A stretch of 64,000 bases of DNA. It comes from Eledone cirrhosa (lineage: Eukaryota). A program made the position numbers and the translations under genes. The stretch is from assembly GCA_964016885.1 (NCBI GenBank), contig OZ024742.1, forward strand, positions 98,766,001 to 98,830,000, written 5' to 3'. Below are positions 46,985 through 60,300 of the stretch, one piece after another. How positions within the stretch are numbered: the first letter of the stretch is position 1; each line of letters opens with the position of its first letter. The notes beneath the pieces are model-generated. The model did not search any database, was not told where the DNA came from, and saw nothing but the letters and a program-made list of their open reading frames with translations.

Positions 46985-48140
46985 TACAGCCCATAATTGT
47001 AATATCCCCAGACATATGTGACAGTACGGAGCACTGCCACAACAGAATCAAGGAATGCATCCTATCTGGGGACGTCACAGGCTGTTCAATAGCTAGTATG
47101 GATGTGGTGTCCATATACCCAGCCATCGACGTTGATTTTGATGGGGAAAATGCGTAGACATGATCAGCAAGAGCGATGTGATATTCTGTGGGGTTGATAC
47201 CAGTGAGCTGGAGCTCATATTTAGACTTAAACAGGATAACAATTATTTAGATAGACACGACCATAGTAGCTTCTGCCCCACAAGACCAGAAATTGGCAGA
47301 CGACCTACCATGGCTGAGAAGGCCCACAGAGAAAAATGTGGCGGGTGGACCAAAGCCATACGGATCCCTCGAAAACTAAGACGAAGTAAAGAAAATGATC
47401 GTGCTCATGCAGTAGGGGCCAGTATAAAACTAACCCTTAAAAAACATATGTCCAATGGTAAAACATATGTTCGATATGAGGGGGAAGTCATTGGCGTCAG
47501 CATTGTGGGTGACATAGCTAACCCCTTTATAATATGGTAGAACATAAGACTCAAGGAACGCTTTGATGAGAATGTTATAACCATGACTCTGTACTCCCGC
47601 TACGTATATAGCATCTACATTAAAGTGAATACACCCGCACAGGAGAACGGTCAAGAATTATAGTGGAAATAGCTAACACCATCCAGCAAATAGCTAACAC
47701 CTTCCAACAGAGTATTAAAGTTACCAGAGACTAAATAACTAAACACCCCAACCATAGATCAGCTGTACAAAATGCAGAACTCCAAGTACCTCATCCACCG
47801 AAACTCAGTCGTTTTGGATGACAGGAAAATTAATATACTAATTGCGTATTTAGTAAGAGTGATGAGGAATGTGTCCGGCATGTGCAATCCAAGAATTAGA
47901 GAGATGCATACGAAACGTCATCCACCGCATGCAATCTTTGTCCAAATGGACATAGATTGTAGAAAGTGATGCGGATGGAACTTGCCCCATATAAAGGAGC
48001 AAAGTTTAGAATAAGATAGAAATAATTAAGAAGACAATAGAGTCAAATAATGGTACGATAGCAATAAATACCAGAGTGTAATGTTCGTCAATGACATCTC
48101 CAGAGGTGAAATAGCTTACAGATTTAGAAGGGCTATATAC
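46985..48140 (+). mobile_element. Heavily degenerate Penelope-like RT fragment
   Basis: CDSTE..IASMDVVSIYPAID, NGKTYVRYEGEVIGVSIVGDIANPFIIW and LYSRYV. Confidence 0.6.
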
Positions 48141-48411
48141 AAACAAAAAATAAATATTAAGATAGTTGAAAGACCAGGTGTTCCCATAAAAGCCATAAGT
48201 AGTACAACATCCCCCTCCCCCCAAACAAAAACCTTGCACTAATAAAAAAAATTCTAATTGAGCTCACAAACAACCTGCAAAACTTGGAGTGTTGTACATA
48301 GCATAAGATGTAGTGAAGGACAGTGTAGGAATAAGAACACAACTGACATAGTTAAGACAGCAGGTAGCATAGGAGGCTGAAAAATGAACACTTTAGAGAA
48401 CTCGAAAATGG

Positions 48412-48447
<36 letters not shown>

Positions 48448-48499
48448 TGAAATGACAAGATGAACACATGAATGAAACAACATAAAGTCTTATTATTAT

Positions 48500-50100
48500 C
48501 ATGCCTAGAAGAGAGTAGAGAAGGGCGTGACTTTCCGCACAAATGTCCTTGTTCAACAAATGAAGAGTTCGTTGAAAGATATCAATAATGGTTGGAACAT
48601 TGGACTTTTACGGCCTCATCCGACAGACATACACCAGCTTTTGTCCTTCACAGTGGACAACGCGTACTTCACCTTCCACCACCGCACATACAGACAAACA
48701 ACAGGATTACCCATGGGATCCAGCCTATCGGGCCTGCTGGCCATCACTTATATGAACCAGCTGGAATGCCTGCCATTCCTATGCCTTCTTCACCCGATAT
48801 GTTGATGACATGCTCATCCTTACATCACGGGATGTGAAGAAGCGGATAAAATATACACGACATTCTCCAGCATGGACGCCAGTATAAAGTTCAACATGGA
48901 ACACCCCGATGACCGCGGAACCCTATCCCAATTGGACTTCCAACTCAGGATAACAGAGGAAGGCGACATCCACACCTGCTTCTATAAAAAAAAGCCGCCA
49001 GCAGTGACCTGTTCGTACATTTCAGATCGACTCTCCCAGCCAGCGCTAAGTTCGGATACATAACGAACGAACTAACACGTATCCGTAATAAAAGCACCGA
49101 TGCAAAAGACGGAGACACACACACCTGAAGCTCTCACACTTCAGTGACGAAACAACAACAGCCATCCGCAGAGCTATCAGACGAGAGGGACTACATAGCC
49201 AACTAGCCCACACAGGACCTTCTCTACGCGAACAGCTAACCAAAAGACGCTCCACCAGCCATGACAGCCGCTGCAGGCTAGCCAACTTCCCCATCAACGC
49301 CACAGATCTATGCCACCAGACTTACGTCGTATACTGATTAGAGTGCGACAAATGCAGCAATTTCTACGTAGGTAGCACCACCAGACCACTTCACTTTAGA
49401 ATAAAAGAACACCTCAAAACTAACGCTTCCTCATTTAAGAAACACCTAGTGAAATACAAAAACACAGACAAAGACATAATAGTTAGGATAGAAGCTAAGG
49501 AAACAAACCTCGGCAATCTTAGAATTAAAGTAGCATTGATTATAGTCAAAACGCAACCACTAATCACTAACAGACTAGAATTCAACACCCAATTTTTAAC
49601 ATGATAAAGCACCTAGCCCCACACTTACACCTCCACGTACCCTCTCTCTCACACACACACGCACACGCACACAAACACAGAGGCTTACACCTCCACTTAT
49701 CCTCTCACACACACACACATACATACACATAGACCAGTTTTAACATGATAGAGCATCTATCCCCCACATTTACATATAAACATATCATCTCACACTCACA
49801 CACACATACAGGCACACATACACACGCATGCTTACACCTTCACGTATTCTCCCACACACACTTAAACATACATGTCCAAACCTCTTTTTAAAGGGTGACA
49901 ACTCTTTATCCACCTAACCTTCACTCTTTGACTAACCTTCACTCTTTGAGATTATAAATAGAATGGATTTTCTATACCATTTCCTGTCAGCATGATTTGG
50001 CAAGCTAATTAACCCCTTTACTTCCCTCCGAAGAAGAGATATCTCAAAATTTAAGGATATTCAAATAAATTTAAGGTAAAATACTAATTGTCAGCAATAT
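48500..50100 (+). mobile_element. Penelope-like element (RT, GIY-YIG, 3' UTR with duplicated blocks, degenerate hammerhead)
   Basis: LLSFTVDNAYFTF..YRQTTGLPMGSSLSGLLA..RYVDD..SIKFNMEHP..FYKK and VVY*LECDKCSNFYVGSTTRPLHFRIKEHL. At 50028-50049, ccgaaga-agagatatctc-aaaa is followed by aataaa. Confidence 0.85.
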
Positions 50101-50215
50101 CGTTTGCATTTGTATTTATATTCTATATACATACCTGCATTGTTTTGGCCTTCTAACTCCAAACGTTTATACCACATTACGCAATGATTCAAGTAAACTA
50201 CAATTTCCTCCCGTG

Positions 50216-50261
<46 letters not shown>

Positions 50262-50269
<8 letters not shown>

Positions 50270-50467
50270 GTCTTAAGCCGAAGGCTCATTTGGCCGGTGC
50301 TTATCCCGGTTTCAAGGCGTGAAGTGACTGAGAGTACAAGTCTCCCCCCTGGACAGGACGCCAGTCAATCGCAGGGTTAAACCTCCAGCTATTGCTGGTA
50401 CTCATTTCAGCTGAGTATACTGGAGCAACGTGAAATGAAGTATTTTGCCCAAGAACACAACACGCAA
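50262..50467 (-). mobile_element. Body and tail of the second SINE family (Meta/V-domain-like core)
   Basis: Minus strand reads gttcttgggcaaaatacttcatttcacgttgctccagtatactcagctgaaatgagtaccagc..cctgcgattgactggcgtcctgtccaggggg..gaaaccgggataagcaccggcc. Confidence 0.7.
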
Positions 50468-50995
50468 CTCAGATATATATATAACAACGTAAATCGGAAA
50501 TTATAATTAAGACCTGCAGAATGATAAAGAAAACCACCTCGAATCGTTAGCAAAAATATATTACAATAGAAAAAAATATGTTTAGATAAAATATACGTAG
50601 AATTTAATATATTCTCTACGGAAAAAAGTGGAATTTGATGAAATATAACAGACATTCCCTTAGATTCTAAAATTATCGAAAATTGGAACTGTTTGACAAT
50701 TCTACAAGGTGATATCTTTAAAGTAATGAGTTGTTAACATGAACTTATGCAGTATCTTTATAGTAATTGCCACTGGAATATGGTGAAATTCAGACGTACA
50801 ATCATACATATTCGTGTATATATATATATATGTGTGTGTGTTTGGGTGTGTGCGTGTATATTATGTTTATATATGTGTATGTTTATATATATATATTTAT
50901 ATATATATATATATATATGTATGTATAAATACATGCATGGTCTTATATGTACACGTATACATTCAAAGTTATGCATTCACACGTGTACATGTATA

Positions 50996-51032
<37 letters not shown>

Positions 51033-51313
51033 GAGCGTGAGTCTGTATCTGTGTGTTTGTGTGTGTGTGTGTGTATGAACATATGCATATTTCCATACAT
51101 CAAACAGTTACTTCATTAAGTGAACAAAATTCGACAAGAAATAGGTTAACTCACACATAATCACTGAAAAAAGTTATATGTATGCATATAAACACGTATA
51201 TATCGCCACATTCATACACACATATATCGAAATAACTAGTTATATAAGTAGCACATATATGTCAACGTATACATCATCACTATCACCTTCTTTAACATTA
51301 ATAATAATAATAA

Positions 51314-51344
<31 letters not shown>

Positions 51345-51614
51345 ACGAAGAAGAAGAAATATGGTCGTTATCCCATCATCATCAGCAACATCATTATTAT
51401 CAAGAATATGTCGATTTCCATTCATAGTTTTATACTTGTGATGGTAATGATGCATGGATGGTTTTGCTGTCATGCTAGGGAGAGTGTATATTTCAAAGGT
51501 TTTCCACACTTTCTAATTGGCTCCTTAAAACTGTGAGAGTAACTCATACAGATATATACATACCTGCATGCACACGTTCAGCAGTCTAGATGGCTTTACA
51601 TGTACGCATATACC

Positions 51615-51617
<3 letters not shown>

Positions 51618-51708
<91 letters not shown>

Positions 51709-51740
51709 CGTGTGTGTGCGTGTGTGTGCGCGTGTGTGCG

Positions 51741-51813
<73 letters not shown>

Positions 51814-51826
51814 GTGTGTGTGTGTA
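51618..51826. repeat. (TG)n microsatellite with CG interruptions
   Basis: Directly visible. Confidence 0.95.
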
Positions 51827-53022
51827 CACGAATATACAGACATATATTGTATAGATATATGTATGTTTGTTTATATATAATATACACGACGGTGACGACG
51901 ATACAATTGATTAATCTTTCTAAACTGCTGTTCGCTTCGTCTATCAAACGCATATAACCCATTACCTTTCGACTCCCGACAGAACACTATGTAATTATTT
52001 GGAGATGAGGTCCGTACGTTTTCACAGAAAGGCTTCAAATGTATGTGGAAAACAAATATTGCTGTCGATGTCGACATCGAACTGTGTCGCCTATGAATCT
52101 ATGATAAGTGGCATAAAATTTCGATGATGTTGCTCTGAGTTTAAGTTTCAATCTGAAGAAACCCAGGAATAGCAGAATCATTGTGAAGTGTCTTTCGAAA
52201 GTCTAAGTTGGGAGATAGTATCTCTCACCACGATATCTTGTTTAAGTCTTCTTTACTAAAGCCTCTTGTCGACCCTAGTATTTTGCATTATATTGGGTCG
52301 ACAAAAATCGCATTGAAGCCCGTCCAATTGATTGTATCTGTAAATCAAAGGTCTTGTCTGGTCATGCATTATATCCCGTCGATTCTACTTCAGAAGTATT
52401 TTAAGGATGCACATGTCTGTAGAATGCTCAGCCACTTATGTATTATATAATCATCATGAATCTCATTTCGAAAGAATTCTAATGTTGTACCAAGCATTGA
52501 TTAGCACTTTTTACTGACAGTTTTGAGCAAATTCTTGAAATTTATTTGAAAAATATTCTGCCCGCAAATGGACTGATCTGTTTAATATTTCGAAAATATA
52601 TTTTTCTTATCACACACGCGCATCTCCATGGCTTGGTAAATACATATACAGATATATATTTTGAAATAAACGTGTTTACAAGAAACATGTATTTTTAAAT
52701 TATCCAATTGGGATCGTTCTTTCCTAATTCTTTTCCTACTCTACTTTTATAAATGTGGACCTAAACATCAAGTCCTTTCTTCTACTCAACGTAATATTTA
52801 CCCAGTCTACCACATATTGCTTATGGTTTTGTACATATCATGAGTCAAACATATATCTTCATTTTTCACATTTTATAAGCATTTTTCATTTGGTTTTTTG
52901 TGGGGTTTTTATCTAAACACTCACTTGTTTTAATATTTTGATCCCTTGTTTTACTTGTTTCGTAAAATATTCGGGTGATAAAGAAAAGTGGACAAGGTGG
53001 CCAGAAGAGAATGAATCCACGC

Positions 53023-53110
<88 letters not shown>

Positions 53111-53116
53111 GTTTAT

Positions 53117-53476
53117 ACTGACTGACGTACTTAGCTTCGCCCGCGTAAACAGATGATAAGAGAAGACAGGTAAAAGAGAAAATGACTGTATTGGATGTTT
53201 GTCTGGTTACAGTATGAGGCGAGTCCGTGGTGTCTGTTTGATACCAAAAACAGTAGAAAGAATCTTTCAGATATAGCAGATTCTTCGTTGTACTGTTTAT
53301 GCATAGTATATGAACAATTCTAGGTGCTCCCACCTAGAATAGTGACCTCTAGGAGATGGTTCATCATTTGCCTGACTGTAAAACGCGTATCATTGCATAG
53401 ACGTGGTTGTTCCACGTTTCTCAAAAGGATGATGGAAATTGCGATCTGTTATAGTATATGTAGATATAGATATAGA
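53117..53476 (-). mobile_element. Possible small non-autonomous Helitron, or the 3' end of the large Helitron
   Basis: actgactgacgtacttagcttcgcccgcgt resembles a decayed CTAG-plus-hairpin end. The minus strand has tctacatatactataa near 53465. Confidence 0.35.
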
Positions 53477-56400
53477 TAATTAATATAAAAGATGTCCGTC
53501 AATGTAAAAAAGGTCCCTATTTACTTGAAATGGTTTATACGAATGCCAAATTAATATGGATATGGATAACATGCTTATCTATAAGTGGTCAGCTATAATA
53601 ATAAAACAACAAATTATATGACACAAAAATGTATTCAGTACGTTCCAGGCTCTTAGCCACTGACTAATAGATAGTTAATATTGCCCTGATTTCAACTCGC
53701 GGAGGTGGCCTGGTTTGAACTCCAAATGGCGGATCCTTCTACTTCGAAAATACAATCGTTTTTCAATATTACTCAAGCCGTGGCCGGCCATAAGCACCAA
53801 ACTTTTTGCCAGACTCAGCATATGATGAGGTTTTATTACCACCGCTATCAGAAGCGATAAATTTGAAGGCAATTTCTACCAATACTTGTTGGTATTTATT
53901 GCGCAACATAGCAGTGAAAGCAATTTTTACCAATACTTGTTTGTTTTTTATTGCTCATAACGACATTAAATGACACTGAACATGAATGATAACTCTGTCA
54001 AAGCTCACAATACTGATCAAAAGACATCAATGTCCAAATCATTTACGTCGCTTATTGATAGCATTAAAGATATGCATACATCAGCTCAAAGCTTCATTAT
54101 AGACAATATTCAGGGTTGATCCTCTGTTGGTGGTATCAATTGCAAATGTTATACCATCAGGATCGCACACTCGAGATGCAGCAACATAAAGTTGCCCATG
54201 GCTGAATGCTGGATCATTCAAGTAGACACCGACTCGCTTGAAGGTCTGTCCCTGTGCCTTGTTGACGGTCATGGAGAAGGCCAAATTGACGGGAAACTGT
54301 CTCCTTTGCCAAATGAATGGCAGCAGATCTTCACTTAGTCTCAGCATGATCCTTGGAATGAGAACCGATTCCTCTCTGCCTGGGAGTTTAGCTTCTAAAA
54401 CTCTTCCGTTAATCAATCTCTCAAAATTCAATCTGGTACCATTGCAAAGACCCATTTTATGATTGATATTTCTAAGCAATATAATCGGCATACCCTTTTT
54501 CAACCTCAGAATATGTGGGTGAAATCCGAGTATTTGAAGTGAATTCAGATACTCAGTCGGAACATCCATATTGTTCTGCTGATTAGGCTGCATTGCGTCC
54601 GCATTGACGGTCAACCATTCGTCTCCAGGAAACATTCCGGCTACTTGTGAATTTATTTCATCGACCGTTGCATTCGTATGAGTTAGAATAACGCGGTCCG
54701 ATATCCAGGATATATTCTGCCAAAAAGCTTTCAAATTAGGGAACACCCAGTCAATCAATGCTTGGCGGTCCAGTGGCATGACCAAATGGTCTGGGATTCT
54801 TACAGTCTGATTATCACCAACGTGTGGCAATTCATCGTTTCCCAACTGCATCAACCATCGGCCGTATGTCTCAGCCTCTTCGTTTTGCCCGAACATACGA
54901 AGTCGCATACTATCGTGTAATCGCAAAACTCTGAAATGGCGCCACAGCGGGAATTTTTCAGACATGCATCGACAATTTGCGATCTTTGAGCATTCCTAAG
55001 AATTGGTAGCACCTGTCTGAAATCGCCACCAGGAACGATAGTCTTACCATCGAATGGCAGGTCACTACTGCAGATATCTCTCAAAGTTCTGTCCAATGCC
55101 TCCAGAAAATATCTGTGTTCCATTGCAGCCTCGTCCCAAATAATCAGAGACGTATTGCGTATAAGGCCCACGAGTTCACTTTGTCCTGTAATGTTACAGA
55201 CACTCAACTCATCCGGAGCCAATGGAGCCTTCAAGCATGAGTGGAAGGTCCTTCATCCACTCAACAAAGTGGCAGCGATCCCACTGGTGGCCACAGGGAG
55301 AGCAATCTTCCTCTGAGCTCTGACTGCCGATAACATAGTGTTGGAACAGAATGTCTTTCCGGTGCCTCCTGGAGCATCTATGAAAGCACAAATTTTCTCA
55401 TTATTGGAGAACACCATCGAACAATTTTCTCTGAGATTGGGTCAACATTGGCATACGTTCATCCACAATACGTTGCTGTTCCAGTGGATCAAACTGGAAT
55501 AGTTCCCTCCGATCGAATGGCAACCTCAGCATATCTCAATTTGCAATCTCTATATAAAATGATAAGCATGCTCATGTGGCAATCCTCTCTTTTGGAATTC
55601 AATTCCGTATGTAAAAGCAACTATACCTCCAAAGATTCCCTCTTTTTCCACATCATCCATTATCTTTTTCAGATATCCTTTGAATACTCTTGCCACAATA
55701 TCAGGACGGTCTTTTGGCTGTTCTCCTGGCAAAAGTGCATCCTTAATATCAGTCCATTCAGGATTGCATGTAACCGTTATAAACAAATCTGGCTTTCCTA
55801 AACTTTCTGACAATAGCCATTGCATCCTGATAGCGAATGTTCATATATCTCGGGCAGCCGATGAACGACGATGGCAAAATGATACGTCGACCATTTTGCT
55901 TGTAATTGGCATCATCGACTGTTATCGCATCCTGTATATTATTATACAATTCAGCACTGGTATGTTGCTGATGTGTAGCTATATAATTTAGCCTTTGATT
56001 TTCGATCTTTGCGAATGCCATACAACAGTATTCCTGGAACAATCTGCTGGCTTGAAACAGCGCATTTCTCTGTTGATTCCTCTCGTTCAAATGGAACGCG
56101 TAAAAGTCGCGAATCGAATTATTGTGTCTATTGCCACCTCCCTGTTGATGCTGATTCTCATGATCATCTAAATGAACAGACATGTTCCATCCATTTTCAC
56201 TTTTGGGAATAAAAGAACATAATGCAATGAATCGCCTGCCCTATTTGACTCATTGATAATCTTGAGACCACCATCTCTGCGATTGAGGACGATATCTCTC
56301 GATCCAGGCTTATCGTCCATCAACACAGCAACTTCACGAAATCTTTCAGGGGCATTATATCACCATTCGTGTTGATTCCTTGGCACTGCGTCAGCTTTAA

Positions 56401-57817
56401 TCACCAATGTTTGCTGCTGAACATTTTGCAGTTCAGCCACCAACATGAAATCCATAACATAATGATTACACTGTCTAAGCTATGATTGCAAATTACGGAT
56501 CAAATCACTTAACATTTGCCGTTCAAGTGCAGTTATATTTCCCGGCAACTTCATCCAACCGATCCTGATATCCTCCCACGATTCACTATAATCTGGATAG
56601 TTAACGTAAATGTGAGCAAATAGAGGCCTCTCTCCTGGGGTAACTTCTAAATTACCGATACAATAATACAAACGGCCTTGAATGACTACATTCGGCTGCC
56701 ATGCTCTACTCTCAAACATCTCACTAACTCTCTGCGATGCTAAAGCTAATGAATTGTTACTTTGCCGCGAATATTTGCGCAGTAATCTACCTCGGTCACC
56801 TTGATCACCCCACATACTTAGTATTTTAAACTCCGGTGACTCCTCACCATCCGGCATTCGCAAGGGTCCTAGTTGAACTGCTCCTTTATGACAGCGCATT
56901 GTGGTCTCGTCTTTCCGTGCCTCCAAAGCAGTTCTCCACAATGTGGACACTCAACTTGTGCACCAATCTGAAAATGACACGGTTGCCATGATCCATTTTT
57001 AATATCACCGTTCGCCTTCTAGCCTCTTTACTGGAATGAGGAGGACGTTGGCGACACATTCTCTGAACTTCTGCATTGTGCTGGCGCTGTTCAGCCAGCC
57101 CCTCTTCATCCATCGCAGCACGCCGTTGCTGCTGACTTCTGGCCATCTGCTGATGATGCTCAGCCAGTTCGTCTTCAACCATCGGAGCACGCCGTCACTG
57201 CTTGAGTCCAGCGTTTCATTGGCGTTGTTCAGCCAGCTCCTCTTCATTCATGGCGGCACGTCTTCGCCTCTGAAGTTCGGTGTTCCGATGGCGCTGTTCG
57301 GCCCGTTTTTCTTCATTGCTGGCTGCACGCCGTCGCCGCTGTAGTTCACTGTTTGATAAAGTCGAATTGCTTTTATTATCAGTATTAATTTCGAGCTATT
57401 GTCAAAAAATGACACAATAATAAATATAAAAGATGTCGGTCATTGTAAAAAAAGGTCCATATTTACTCCCTTCACAACTCTGTGTATGTTAGACTTACAG
57501 ACAGGCACACAGACAGATAAACTGCGTGGCGATTGTGGAACGCCACACACATACACGCATGGAAACGCTCACACGCGCGCAAACTTACACACGCACGCAC
57601 ACATAAACATACGCGCACGTACATACACACGCATACATGTTAATAGTTATTGAACACAGCGTTCACACTCTCCCCTTTCACTCCCTCATTGGCATTATGC
57701 ATATTAATTTCAGTTTGGCGTCGTTGAGGTGGGCGGAGTCGCTTGAAACCTATGAACCAATGATAATCGAGAATTATGACACACGGAATACTGACGTTGT
57801 TGAAATTAATAGATAGA
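53476..57817 (-). mobile_element. Helitron element body
   Basis: Contains the Rep/Hel pseudogene. Candidate 5' terminus TCtatctattaatttc at about 57817; the 3' end is uncertain. Confidence 0.7.
54081..57345 (-). pseudogene. Helitron Rep/Helicase pseudogene, frameshifted and internally deleted
   Basis: N-terminal CHKGAVQL..VIQGRLYYCIGNL; ILPSSFIGCPRYM..YQDAMAIVRKF; Rep GKPDLFITVTCNPEW..DRPDIVARVF..IEFQKRGLPHEH; Walker A IDAPGGTGKTF; IIWDEAAM; GGDFRQVLP; LCNGTRL; RRQFPV.LAFSMTVNKAQGQT..FSHGQLYVAASRV (Pif1-like). Confidence 0.95.
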
Positions 57818-57827
57818 TATGATTGGT

Positions 57828-58230
57828 GTGGGATGCTTAAAGCGTCGGCAAGCGGTATGCCGTTTGAGCACTCGATGCTCTTACAGATCAGTGTATGATA
57901 TCACATAAGAATCAGAGAATCAGTGTAGCGACTAATAACATTTATTAGACATATTACAATCGTTTCTCTGGCGACCAGCTCCAGGCTCGATCGATGTAAT
58001 GATCGAACCTGACTCTGAAAACGCAAAGTCCTCAGATACGTCTCGATTCTAGGAAGCAGAGTTTCAAAATGTCCAGTTACACCCACGGCCTTCACTCTGC
58101 AGCTTGGATCCTGTCGTTGTCTTTCGCTGAGTCGTCAAGAATTGTACACGTCATCGGTATTTTTGGCCACTCATGGCCGTCGTATATTTGGTTGCTTTCA
58201 TTTGCCACCTGTCAATCAAAGTTGTTTCTT
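57828..58230 (+). mobile_element. Copy of the TGT...ACA family
   Basis: tgtgggatgcttaaagcgtcggcaagcggtatgccgtttgagcactc..gagaatcagtg..tttatt..gcgaccagctc..gatcgaacctgactctg..ctcagatacgt. Confidence 0.75.
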
Positions 58231-59309
58231 CAATCGGAATTACTACTGTAGGAGGTAAGGGGTGGTATGATTGAACCACTTGCGACCTGTCGCTGTCTTC
58301 TCAACCTGTAGGCGCCCGCACACATGTCCATATTTCAGGCAGGCGTAATACATATGGGTAATTATACACCCACAGCGATCACGTACACACCCGCACCTGT
58401 ATGATATGCGACAATAGTAAATATTGAATGTGCAGCGAATTCTTAGAAAGAATCTTTTATTTTAATGGAAAAACATGGAAAAACATTTAAAAGAACGTTT
58501 CAGAAAAATACCCTCAAAATACCTTAAAAAACACACATTTAAAAAAAAAAACCCTATAAAAATAATGCTTGAAAGAGCATTCCAAAAAAGTTATTTCAAA
58601 GGTATTTTTTATAGATATACACATATCTACACACTGTACCCAGGAAAGCATATACAGTTAAGATGCTGCACTTATATACAGATGAACAAATGGAAGATCT
58701 CCACATACATATACATACACTTACACATACATGTTCATACAAAGACATCTACACTTACATACATGTACGCGCCCATGGGCATGCTTATACATCTAAAAAA
58801 AAAAATACATGATGAATACCTACATATCCACACACACACACGCGCAACTGTGCACATGGCGCATAAAATATTATATGAGACAACATTCTTGAGTCTTGGA
58901 TCCAACCCATTCATGTGGCGATATAAGCCTAAAAGTGCATGCACAATATGCATAAATGCAATAGCTACGTAGTAGCCATGCACTAATCAACGATAACATG
59001 GAGGCATATATATAAATGCGTGTACATACATAAAATAAAATAAAATAAAATAAAATAAAATAAGAAAAAATAAAATACTGGAAAAAGGAATGTATACATG
59101 ACAAAGATGCAGAGGGGTACCTGTTCACGCCACCAGGACATTATTGGAATTTGCATAAAGTTGCATAAAATACTTGAGGACTGTGATGCATAGCGTTATA
59201 TAAGATTCAGAAGGACTGACGATCCAAGGGACTGGGTAAGATCCTGCACATCAGTCATGGACATGAGACAGGTTTCATGACTGGTAGACACAAGGGACAG
59301 TGTGTGCAA

Positions 59310-59465
59310 ACAAGATATATCTATTGTAAATGTGTAGAATATCCTTTTCATAATAGTATATATGAAATGTACATGAAATGGATGCATACATGGAACATAT
59401 TGTGAATGTATAGATTATGTGTTTCATAACAGTATATATGAAATGTACATGGAATGGATGCATAA
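59310..59465. repeat. About 76-bp imperfect tandem duplication
   Basis: tttcataa.agtatatatgaaatgtacatg.aatggatgcata occurs twice. Confidence 0.8.
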
Positions 59466-59884
59466 GTGGAATATACCAGTGGCTTGTGTTGTAGGCATGT
59501 ATATAGCAACAGCAGGCAAAGTTAGAATTAACTGCAACATTAACCTTAAGACCAGCATCAAGTCCAACATCAAAGTTGCAAATTAAACATCACGAATCGA
59601 AAATAAAAAATTAAAAAAATAAAAATTCTAATTCTAATTCAAAACCACATATAAGGTTGTAGACAAAATCAGAATTATATTGAGTCGGCGTCCCCAATTC
59701 GGTGGGATGGTGTTATCCAAGGTACGTTACGAGGTAGGTATCGTTGGATCTGTCGTTGATATCAGCTTGTTCCACCCTGCATTCATAGGTATCGTGTGGC
59801 ATATCGTGGTCCGCTGCATGCGCCCGACCTGGCATTGTCATACCGATAGTGCCTTAGATAAACCCATCCGGTATCACTAAAGCG

Positions 59885-60300
59885 GAGATCGTGCATTTAC
59901 GTTGGTGTCTGCAGGCCACGATGATTTCAGATTTTAGGTTGACTGCGTCGCCCTTTAGTTTTACTATCTCCTTAGCCTCGGACAGGCACAATCTGCACCT
60001 CATCTCGCCAGCGGAGTACGCATTCGCGCACTGGATAATACTCCAGCTGAGGTCAAATTATGTGTCACTGTCTTTGAGTCCCCATATTAGGTCCGTCAGT
60101 CTGGTGGAGTGTCTCTTGTTTCTGTCTTTGAACGAGTTCTTGCGGTTGTACATCCTCGATTTAAAAGTCGTGGATATTGCCTCGATGTAGGTGTGCCTAT
60201 CATTGTGCATGGTAACCACGCATCTGTAGACAACGCCCTTTGTCAGGCACATTCCCTGCAGAGGGCAGTCCTCTCCTACACGGCAGTTACATGTTCGTGC
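59885..60300 (-). mobile_element. Naiad-type GIY-YIG endonuclease fragment
   Basis: CNCRVGEDCPLQGMCLTKGVVYRC..FKSRMYN..SF..STRLTDLIWGLKD..*FDLSWSII..YSAG..CRLCLSE..NLKSEIIVACRH. Confidence 0.85.

Noticed and set aside
51900-52620. Unique-looking sequence with short ORFs
   Set aside because: No identifiable domain in the listed ORFs; left unannotated.
59212-59258. Hammerhead-like gactgatgt..gtcagtc on the minus strand, 3' of a Naiad fragment
   Set aside because: GAAA is absent and the core is altered; too degenerate to support.
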